Notes under the pieces: generated by a model
Told to the model about the DNA's origin: nothing
The model's input: only the letters and a program-made list of their open reading frames with translations
Databases searched by the model: none
In this document: positions 36,987-47,849 of the stretch, one piece after another
Layout of the letters: each line of letters starts with the position of its first letter
Position numbering within the stretch: position 1 is the stretch's first letter
Made by a program: the position numbers and the translations under genes
NCBI GenBank assembly: GCA_012295275.1
Contig: CM022670.1
Coordinates: forward strand, 37,138,001-37,202,000
Reading direction: 5' to 3'
From: Chrysomallon squamiferum
Lineage: Eukaryota; Animalia; Mollusca
Length of the DNA stretch: 64,000 nt

Positions 36987-39892
36987 TTAATGTGGTCGCT
37001 TTTTATTTTCCGGACCTGAATAAATAATGATTATATATAAACATATTTCACAGTATTTTCACACAAAAGTACATTTTGTTGGATCATTATTCACAGCTGT
37101 GCTTTTAGATAAAATTTAGAAAAAATATATTACACACTGCTTTAACACAAATATAACAAAACGTTCACACAAAAAACTTTATTCACTTGGTAGCAATATT
37201 TTAAGCGGCTGAATAATGAATTAAATGACTGAATATAAAAAATATAAAATATCCCCCAGAAAACAACAACTAACACCTATATTATATTCACTTAATATTT
37301 TCGAGTTTATCAAAGCTGATTAAAACTAATAAATGTGTTAAAATAGTTAATTGGTTGTGTGTTAATTCCTCCAAATTACTATTTACATTTAACAGCTTCA
37401 ACATTTTGACAATGAAATAAAATAAATGAATATTTATGATTTATTTTAACTACTTTTAATTATATATAAATACACTGTTTAAAAAATTTCATTCATATCA
37501 AAATAATTTTGTTTATTTTATAAATTATGCGGAAAAAAGAAAAATAAAGAAGTATTCACATAGCGAAAAAAATATTACACACACAGAAAAAGAGAAAATG
37601 GTTATTTGCTTTCCACATTTTCAGCTTTCGCAAAGACATTTTAAACAAATTCCAATTTTGTTTTCTATACAATTAATTATCACAGTGCATTTACTGAATA
37701 TAAACTATTACGTTTAATAATACTTCATGATTGTCTCAAATTATTGTTTTCAGCTTCTCTTCATTGCAAATAAAAAAGTAAACCTGCCTTATTGTACTAA
37801 TTGTTTTTGACAGTAAGATGTTTTTTTTTTTTCGTTTTTTCTGAACTGTATGCAGAAATAATATTTAACTGATCTTCTCTTCACTGTATACTGCACGATT
37901 CTGTACGTTCTTCTCCTTCAGAAAAATACTCGCCTTGTCTCTGAACGTCTCTGTGTGAAGATAGTGAAAAAGGGGCGGGTTTTGAAAGTCATACAAATCT
38001 GGTTTTAATGAATCAACAAAGTAAATTGGTGCTTCAGGAAAACTATCTTTAATCTGTTTTGTAATTTTGTCCTTTACGCTTTCTTCACTGAATGTCCTTG
38101 GATGAGCCCTTCTCTCGTTCCTCAGTTCATTAAAAAACTTAGTCCTTACATAGAAATATCTCTTTCCCTGCTTAGCTATTTCATTGTGAAGCAGAACCAC
38201 AAACTGATCTATCTTGCTGCAGGAAAGTAGAAGATAGAAATCATAATTCTTAAAATTAATTTTCTTTATGTAATCTTCGTCATCTCTAAACGTCTCAGTG
38301 GCAAATCCAGGAACATCCCACAAAACGACGTCATTGCCAGGTACATTGTAGGGCTCTGGATCTTTAGTGCACTCAATAACATCAGTTTCGGCAGCATATT
38401 CATCTTTGTGTGGAAATCCAAAGAAAGCATTTATAAAAGTTGATTTCCAGAGCCACTTTTTCCTATGACTCCAACAGTATAGAGTCTGAAAGAAAGCAAG
38501 AATTGAATATTGTTAACATACAACAATAAAAGATGGAGATGAAGAATATGAATGAATGAATGAATGAAAGAAGAAACAAACAAACAAATGAATTATATTT
38601 TTATATTTATACTTTTTGTTTTCAGAATTAATTGTCATAACGTTTTTACCCAGTTTCAAATTTCTAATAATAGTTGATTATATTTCATTAAATGAAAACA
38701 GATGAAATGTTATAAAATATATATCCAAAATTAAATGAGAAACAGACTATGAATATAAAGAATAGACAAAAATTAAATGGTAAAGATATCTTAATAATAA
38801 TAATAATAATAATAATAATATAAAAACTGTTCACAAGGGACTTTGGGAGAGGAAATAATGGAATTGTTTCTTGGAAACACTTCCGCAATTCTGCCATTTA
38901 CTAAATCATATAAATTTCATTTGAAATTTCATTTAAAATTTCATTTAATAGTAAGTGAGTTAATTATTAAATAAAGTTTCAGTTGAACTATATAGAACTT
39001 TTATAAGTACAGTGGTATATCGAGTTACGAGTGGTCCAACTTACGAGATTTTACTTTGAGTTGCGAGCCAAAATCTCAGTTACAAGCGAGCTTCAGATAT
39101 GCCGCAACGAACAACACATCATCCGCCCAGCATCCCGCGTCTCATTCGTTTGCTTCAAGTGGTTACCTCGCCATGGAAGCATCTTTTTGTCTTGTGCTCA
39201 CGTTTTGTGCAGTATTTTGGCACATTTCTATGGATCCTAAGAAAGTGAGGGCAAAGGATGGTGCTAAGAAGAGGAAGCGGATGATGTTCATTGAATTAAA
39301 GCATGAAATCAAAGAAAAGCATGAGCGAGGTGTGCGTGTAGTGAACATGGCTAGGCAGTATCAATGTAGTACTTTTACGATATATGTTATACTGAAGCAG
39401 GAGGAATCGATAAAGACTGTAAGTCCAGCCAAAGGCGTTAAAATAAGATCTAACCTGCGGTGCTCTGTCCTTTAAAAGATGGAGAAACCCTAACCTTGTA
39501 CAGTTTACAAAACTAATTTATTTCTTTACATTCTTTCGTTCTTATACAATATTTGTCATTTATACATACATTTTACTTATTTAAAAATACGGTACAAAAT
39601 ATTGGGGTGGTTTTGGGGTCTAGAATGGATTAATGTTATTTCATTTAATTTTAGTTGGTAAAATCAATTTGATATACGACCATATTGAGTTACGAGCTCG
39701 GTCACGGAAGAGTTAAACTCGTAATTCAAGTTTTATTCCTTTTTATTTCCTCCTATACTTCTCACAGTTTCAAAATAGTAATGTTACGATATACAATGGC
39801 ATAATTAAAGCTATAAGCAAAAACTCATAATATTAAAACTGTCTTTTAGTTTACCTTTCCTTTTCAACTGTTCGCCGGGCAGCTGCAGCCAT
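36987..39892 (-). pseudogene. Mini-IRG copy C, disrupted. Exons 39892-39855, 38485-~37970, 37015-36987
   Basis: 1-nt deletion within the G1 GKS codons (GATTTCC vs GATTTTCC at ~38443) and a deletion/replacement at ~37970 that removes the exon 2 donor; Tigger insertion in intron 1. Confidence 0.8.
39008..39730 (+). mobile_element. Internally deleted Tigger/pogo (Tc1-mariner superfamily) element in mini-IRG C intron 1
   Basis: TA followed by CAGTGGTATATCGAGTTACGAG terminus, partial right terminus AAACTCGTAATTCAAG. Encodes a CENP-B-type HTH N-terminus (MDPKKVRAKDGAKKRKRMMFIELKHEIKEKHERGVRVVNMARQY...IKTVSPAKGVKI). Absent from the homologous site in copies A, B and the orphan. Confidence 0.85.
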
Positions 39893-40968
39893 GATTTTGT
39901 TTTTTCAAGGGAAGTAACTTCGACGAAGCCGGTATTTTGAGCATAATATTCACAACATTTTCAAAAATATTGTTTTCCTGTAACATAGGTAATTGAGGAT
40001 AAATCACTGCATTCAAAGTGGGTTCATGCATACAGACTACACTATGCTGTATGTATAATATATTTATCTTCGTATGTTTTGGTTATGAACTACTGTGAAA
40101 GAAAGTAGGTTATCGTAAGGTCGGGTTAGGTCAAGTCGATAAAGCTAAATCAGATTATGTTTTGATAGTGAGTCAGTAAATAATAATAACATATATATGT
40201 TAACGTGTACACTATACTTTAAGCACTTGCCACCTTTTGAAATTCCTATTTTTATGTGTGATTGGTTTGTCTTAAAATAATATATTTGAATATTTATTTA
40301 TAAATTGATTATTTATACTGACAACTATGAATTATTTTGTTTATAAGCTGGTGTTTTTCAAAAATATTTCGATTTTAAACTTTAGTGGAGAAATGGATAA
40401 AGCTCATTATACTGAAGACAAGTAAGGAAAAAGAAACCTAACAATTAACACAATTACATTTATTACAAAGTATCGCTGGCAACATTTTCGGGAAATAATA
40501 TTTGTCTACTTCCGATGAGAATAGTCCGGATGTCACGAGACAGCTATGTCGTACACAATGTCTTATTAAGCAATATACAAGTAAAACATTGAATGTGACA
40601 AAATTTTATAAAATATTATTTTGCTGTAACCTATACCATCAAAAAGAAAAAAAGAAAAAAAAAAAAAAAAAGCGGAATAAATGAAACTACAGCGTGGATA
40701 TACAAAAAGTTATGTTTTAATATGAATAAAATTTGCTGGTATTTTTCCTTCAAAGTTTGTGGAGAAACTGGTTCATTCAAGTCATTTGGCAACTAAAACA
40801 CTGAATGATTTATATCGTTTGAAACGTATATATATTTGTTATTTATCAAAATGAAGACTTAGCTGCGTTCTAGAGCTACACAGTATTTTAAAGCATTTTG
40901 GTAATATTCATTTTATTGTTTTATTATTATTTTAAACAATTTGCCTTATGATTTTTCATTAAACAGAT

Positions 40969-41011
<43 letters not shown>

Positions 41012-41445
41012 TCTTCCTGAGAATGGACTTCTCAATCAATATTTTTACCAGAAAGAAAATATTATTTAAAACTTGAATGTTATGCGACATAACTACTAAA
41101 TTAAAGAAAATGAACGAAAGCTAGAACTTTTTAGACGTCGTCAGCAGCGTCATTTGCTGAGAACACAGAACATTTTGTTACCGAGCATTTAAGTACCTCT
41201 ATCAAATATTTGTATGCAGTTTGGTAGGCTATGAAAGATATTCATAACTTGTAACTTGTATGTAAAGTCCAGAATAAGCTTTTCTAAGTCACACGACGAT
41301 CATTTTGAAAGGGTAAACTTGTCTGTTGATTCTCCTGTGTTTAGCAAAGTCCCAATGGTGATGAATCTGAATATCTATACCACGTTATAATATTTGTTGT
41401 TTTTGAAAATTTTAAAAATAAATTACGAAACAGAAAAGAGGCTGA

Positions 41446-41455
41446 GGGAAAACCC
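41446..41455. promoter_or_regulatory. Isolated Rel/Dorsal-type site GGGAAAACCC
   Basis: Matches GGGWWWWCCC and lies upstream of the decayed IRG fragment; single occurrence. Confidence 0.3.
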
Positions 41456-41692
41456 TTCAAGGAAAAGAGGAAAGCATCATAAAAATAGTGCTGCGTCGGC
41501 GAAACGGCTTTTGTCATATGTTTAAATACAGTCGTACATAAAGTCAATTAGAGACTTCGGCCTCAGGATGAATTATGTTAGATCAGACAGTTTAAATTAT
41601 TCAATTTTTACTTCACAGACATAATTATATTTCACATATCGTGTATTTTCCGAACTAGTCTGAATTAGTCATTATTTGGAGATAAACGCGCG

Positions 41693-41725
<33 letters not shown>

Positions 41726-42624
41726 TAACAAAACAAAAAGAAAAAAGACATAGGCACACACAGTCGCAGACACACTCACAGGTAATCGAATTTTTAGGAC
41801 AAGGTAAGTATTTCCTTGGGTTTAATCAGGAATGATAGGACAACTTCATTTTTACCAAGCTGTTTTAGAAGCAGTTGATGTTTTTTCTATTCATGGACTA
41901 GGCCTAATTGTCATTCGGGTTTGTATTCATATATATGCAAAGAAATTACCACTATGATAATTCAAATATTTATTCAAAAATAGTATTAATAACTCAAATG
42001 TCACCTTAACAGAACTAATACTATGTAAATAACCAACAAACTCTATTGTATAGAACTTGTAATCGAAGGATTATATTTTTCAGTTCAAAATCTAAAACTC
42101 TTTAATACATTTTCAGTTAAATTATTTCTTGAAATCGAAGGATTATATTTTGAGTTCAAGAAAATCTGGATATAAAATATCTGGATGTATCCATGTCAGT
42201 CATCTCTACACACAACAGGAAAGAAAAACAGATGAGATTGTGTTGAGATTGCATACGGGTAGATTTGTGAACATGAAGGTCTTGAATGTCTGTATATTTC
42301 AACATATTTGAAAAGAGTAGTTTTCTATTTATTTCATATAAATATTTTTGTGTATATCTTTCTTAAATAATTGATAATGTGTTATTGAATATTGGTTTTA
42401 ATTAGTAATGTTTAGCATCCCATAATTGTAAATTTCCCCATGACAACAGGTGACCTACATCTTTTTCGATTGCGTCTGCATTGTTATCAAATTATATTTG
42501 TAATAAATCATACTTTATGATGATTTTGTCATGACGAGAGCTGTTTTATTTTTCTTTTATAATTATTTTCTTAATTTCTTCAGTTTTACGAAACGAAAAC
42601 TCAGACAATGGTAAAGGATTTAAT

Positions 42625-43072
42625 GACTTGAAGAGAAATGCTTTGGTGCTGTCCATTGTTCCTCTGTCAAAAGAGGTTATCAAACAGAAAACCATATTAC
42701 AGTGGATGTTGGTATACTGATGAACGAGATAGATTTTTATTCCTAAACCGTGTTGGCTTGATGACGAGTCACTAACACGACTGTCGGAACGTATGAACAC
42801 GACCGTGGACTACTACGTAAAATCACTTAAATTTGCATCATTACGGAAAGTCAAGAGTATTTCTGATCAACAAGATTAAAAAGGGAAGAGATAACCAAAG
42901 AGAGAAGAGAGTTGATACCAAATTTGCGGAACCGACAGTGTTTGGAACAGATCTGGTGAATCTCGTCCCATTTGTATCGTGCTATTACGTTCTGAAAAAT
43001 ATCGTCCACGATTTAGAGAATGATGCATTCGCCATTGTGGATATTGCAGTAACGAAGAATGCAGTTTTCTAA
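42625..43072 (+). pseudogene. Decayed C-terminal half of a diverged IRG
   Basis: GACTTGAAGAGAAATGCTTTGGTGCTGTCCATT (DLKRNALVLSI), CTTGATGACGAGTCACTA and ACGACCGTGGACTACTACGTAAAATCACTTAAATTT match the intact copies; deletions and frameshifts; same subtype as 13440-13749. Confidence 0.85.
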
Positions 43073-44399
43073 CTGAACAAATGACAAATGTTTTGCAAAA
43101 CACAAATGCATATACAAATACTCATGCAAATACTCATTTAAATGATAGTTTGAAGAGAAGTGGGTGTTGGAGAAAATTAAAAATTCAAATAACATAGATT
43201 GGAAAGGATAAATCACTGCACTCAAAGAGAGTTCATTTGAACTGATTAAACTATGCTGCATATCTAATATACAGATACTTGTCTTCGTATGTTTTCGTTA
43301 ATATACGGTCTTCGGTAAGATCTGATTAAGGCCTTTTTATAGAAATATTATTTATTTATAGTGAATCAGTAAATAATAGTAACATAAAGCTTAAAGTGTC
43401 TTACCCCAAATGGGTAATGAAAAGTTACAAAAGGATAAACAAACTTGAAAGGAAAAATATCTGAATATAATATCGTAGAAACGCTATTTGGAAAGAGAAG
43501 GATAAATTATGACTCATCTTAATTTAAAATTAATAATTTTAACGGCTTGCGATAAGTTTGTTAACATCATTCCGCATTTAATCATAGAAAAATACATTGA
43601 AAGACAGTGCTTTATTATTACAGAGGATTTCCTCAGATGAAATCCATTTACGATTCAGTTTATCAGCAATGAAAGGAACTAAACAAATTTAATATTTTTT
43701 GTGGAACATTTTGAACAAATTGTCGGCACTTGTCTGTCATTAATGGGACCGCTTTCCTGCAACTGTACTTTTATTAGACTTCTCATGAGTTAGAGTTACA
43801 AGCCTATCCAAATGTCTGAGCTGTTCTCTACCAGCAGAAATTCGGGCTTCATATCCGTGCGATGTGCGTTTAGCCACTTCGTTCACATCGATGCTATCTC
43901 CATTTTTAAAGTACATTTATTTATATTCACTGGTAGTTAAAAGCTCACGTGCTTGTCAAATCTATGATAAATACATCAGTTACTGTGACCTAACTTATCA
44001 GTTCACGTAGAAGATAGATATATAACAGTCAGTGTCTTATTATCGCAACAAGAACATGTGAACACGTAAGCATTCCCGGAGAAGATGTCACATGACTGAT
44101 TTCTTTGAAAGCTAGTGATTTACATTACATAAAAAAAAATGCACGGAGAAAACATTCGTAGGACACACCCTTGGATCTCAAAGAACGGCCGATAAAGACA
44201 TCTAAACAAAGAGAGAGAGAGAGAGAAAAGAGAGAGAGAGAGAGAGAGGAGGGGAAAAAAAAAGGGTTAGTCTTTTATTTTAAATTAGTTTATTAATTTC
44301 CACTTTTTAGACATTCCATTTAACTGGATTTTATACAAATTACCTGGTAGTATATCTTATATATGAACCAGTACGGATTTTTAAACTATACTATTTCAG

Positions 44400-44431
<32 letters not shown>

Positions 44432-44589
44432 GGAAAATAGAACCATACGAATTATATATATATGTAAAAGGATATGTAATTTCTAATATAAGTCTATGAA
44501 TTTTAAAGAAGATTATTCAGACATAATCACATCATGAACACCCTTTAGTTGAACCTTGTACCTTGAAAACAATTAACGTGCTAGTCAGA

Positions 44590-44620
<31 letters not shown>

Positions 44621-44899
44621 TGTACGTCCACGACAGGCACGCTTTCTGACAGGTCAGCGGGCGTGTCTGTCGCATCCCTTTAGTTTCATACTTCCCTTTT
44701 TTATAATGATTTGAAACTTGAAGAATCCATCTTCATTCGGAACACATTGGATCATTTGTTCGAATATATTAAATTTAATTCACTTTAATATTCTTAAATT
44801 CAAAAGACGCTTAAATGGAAGTATTTAAAATACTGAATAAGCGGAATAACTTTATTTTTTTATTTTTTATTTTTTTCTAGATTGCGTATATCAAAAATA

Positions 44900-46135
44900 A
44901 TGTCAGACGAAGACTACATTATGTTTTCCACCGAAGAATTAGAGGAGGCCAAACAATATACCCAGGAACACGGAGTTTCAGGTATAGCTAAATATGTAAA
45001 ATATAAAACCGAACAGTGGAAATATGTCAGCGTTAATATTGGTATAGTAGGAGAATCGGCTGTGGGAAAATCCTCATTCATTAACTGTATTCGGGGATTA
45101 ACAGCAGATGATCCAGATGGAGCTCCTGTTGGAACTGGTGATACAACAAGTGAACCGACGAAGTACTGTCATCCTTACAATGAAAAGCTTGTTTTTGGGG
45201 ACTTACCGGGAGTAGGAACACCAAAATACCCGAGAAATGAAGAGTATCTAAAGAACATTAACTTTGACCAATATGATGTTTTCCTTCTCATGTCTGACAA
45301 TAGGTTTTCAACCAACGATGTTTGGTTAGGAAGAGAAATTGAAAAGAGAGGAAAACATTTCTTCTTTGTCCGCACAAAAATTGACGAAGCGATGGAAAAT
45401 GAATTGGAATTATGTGGTAGCACTTTTTCAGCTGCTGTCGTTCTGGATAAAATAAATAAAAATTGTGAAGAAAACTTCAACGCAGCTCAACTGACTAATC
45501 GACGGGTGTTTTGCATTTCCAACTATCACAGAGAGATGTGGCAGTTTGAAGAACTTATGCAAGAACTTATTGTCGCTTTGCCTGACATGAAGAGAAATGC
45601 TCTGGTGCTGTCCATTGGTCCTGTGTCAAAACAAGTATTAAAGGAAAAAACCAAATTACTTAAAAAGCAGATTTCCTGGAAGGCCGCCCTTTTTGCTGTT
45701 GGTGTAGCTGCAGGTTCTCTGGTCCCAATACCTTTAGTGGGTGGAGCAGTTGGTGTAGCGGTGGAAATTGGTATACTGGTGGCCGAGATAGATTTTTATC
45801 TCAAACAGTATGGGCTTGACGACGAGTCACTAAAACGACTATCGGAACCTACCAAAACGACCGTGGACTACTACGTAAAATCACTTAAATTTATGAGTTT
45901 ACATAGTATTAAAACTTTTGTTATTAACATGATTAAAACGGAAGGTGTGAAACAAGCACAGAAAAGAGTTGCTTCTGAATTTCTTAAATTGATTCCTTTG
46001 GTGGGGAGCATTGCGGCAGGCGCAATATCGTTTGGAACTTGCTACTACTTTCTAGACAAAACAATCGACGAGTTTGAGACTGATGCGCTGGCTGTTGTTG
46101 ATGCCGTCATCCGAAAAACACAATCTGAAATCTGA
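44900..46135 (+). CDS. IRG/IIGP-family GTPase copy 5, 411 aa, most divergent
   Basis: Intact ORF. VFGDLPG (W to G before G3), 5-aa deletion (ASGII) and several private substitutions. Confidence 0.9.
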   Translation: MSDEDYIMFSTEELEEAKQYTQEHGVSGIAKYVKYKTEQWKYVSVNIGIVGESAVGKSSFINCIRGLTADDPDGAPVGTGDTTSEPTKYCHPYNEKLVFGDLPGVGTPKYPRNEEYLKNINFDQYDVFLLMSDNRFSTNDVWLGREIEKRGKHFFFVRTKIDEAMENELELCGSTFSAAVVLDKINKNCEENFNAAQLTNRRVFCISNYHREMWQFEELMQELIVALPDMKRNALVLSIGPVSKQVLKEKTKLLKKQISWKAALFAVGVAAGSLVPIPLVGGAVGVAVEIGILVAEIDFYLKQYGLDDESLKRLSEPTKTTVDYYVKSLKFMSLHSIKTFVINMIKTEGVKQAQKRVASEFLKLIPLVGSIAAGAISFGTCYYFLDKTIDEFETDALAVVDAVIRKTQSEI

Positions 46136-46409
46136 TTCCAAACATAAAACAGTCATCTCTAGTTATATTGCGTAAACGAATACGCAGGTTTTAATAATAA
46201 TGGGTAAAACAAAACAACAAAAAGACGTACAGATACTATAAAACTATTAACAGTATAATAGACTGATGATACTAACCTCAGATTATCAAATGTGTTAATT
46301 AACACCAGATAAAAAACACCACAAATGACAATACATATATATAATTTATTTACACAAGTATGAACAAGTGAGACCTTTAATGATATACAATTATTTACAT
46401 TTACATTAA

Positions 46410-47370
46410 TACCCCCAAACCCCTTTTATTGTTGGATAAAAACCTGACCGCAGCTGAATAAAACTAATAACCCAGGACCCTCTGGAGACATATGACTGCT
46501 CTTGTGGCTTGTCAGTGGAAACCCTGTGTACCTGGTTGGCTGCTTATACCACTCCTAGTCTTTTAATCAGAGAGTGGTCAAGAGCCAAAGTTCCCAAACT
46601 GTAATTGCCCTAATTATAACAGCCACTGGGAGTAATTCAAGTACATCTACATTACTATACATGCCATCTCGGTTATTCGTAGGTTGGCTGAATAACTTCC
46701 CTTCGGCACAGGCCAGTGAATCCTTTGGTAATAACCTGTTCCCCTACAGGTCAGTACAGGGACCCTAACCCTGGACCAGATGAACCTTACCTCTGTAGCT
46801 GTCTGTCGGGGATTCCTCCATCAGAGCAACAAATTAAATTACCTGACCCCTTGCACTACTTGTATTATAACAAAATTAAATATTATTTTTTCTTCAACCG
46901 GCTGTCCATGCTCAGGGTGCTGAAGACGATGGCATCTTGTCGATCTCACTCTTCATCCTGTGGTTCACTGGATTCTGTTGCTGTTAAAACCGGCAAAAAA
47001 AAAAAATCAAAAAAATCAAAAAAAAAATAAAAAAAAATCCAGAGCAGTATTGTGTTTACTACATTTATATTTTTGTGCTTGGTGGGTTGGAACTTTTTTC
47101 TGTCGTGGCTGAAATGGAGATCGAATGGAAAAGATCGATTTCTGCGCATGTGACGCTTGTATTGCTTTGACCTGTCAACTAGGGTTAATTCCCTTTGGCC
47201 ATTATCTCCCCTGCCACTATCTACTACTAACCACCCAACTAGTTGTGTTTTTTCCTGGCATTAAATGAGTTTGTCAGGTATTACGAATAATCTGTTTTAT
47301 ATTTGACATTTTTAAAAGATATATTCGAAAATTATCTGAGAAACAGACTATGAATATTAAGATGATAAAC
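46410..47370. repeat. Unidentified ~1 kb element, copy 3
   Basis: Homologous to 11170-12150. Confidence 0.8.
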
Positions 47371-47423
47371 ATTTCTTAATATAACCATTTCACAAAGGTC
47401 TTTTAGGGAGATATAATTTTCTC

Positions 47424-47510
<87 letters not shown>

Positions 47511-47849
47511 TAAATAAATAAATAAAAAAAATAAAATATTAGATATGTCATATCTGTACCGTTTACAAGGATATGTGTTTATTAAATCCACTGAAAATGC
47601 ACAGCTGTTCACGACTGTTTCATAACACGTATAGATTATACGTTAGTAGAAAAAACCCAGAATTGCCTTATATTTGTACTGCAATAACAAAATAATAAAA
47701 CATTCATACAAAATTTTATTTAAAATTTGTTTATTTATTTGTTTATTTATTGTATACATAAAATTTGCATAGTATTAATAAAATTTCCGTCATTAAATCA
47801 GCAGTGAAACATTACATATTCCACAAATATTTGGTGTGTTAAGAATATT

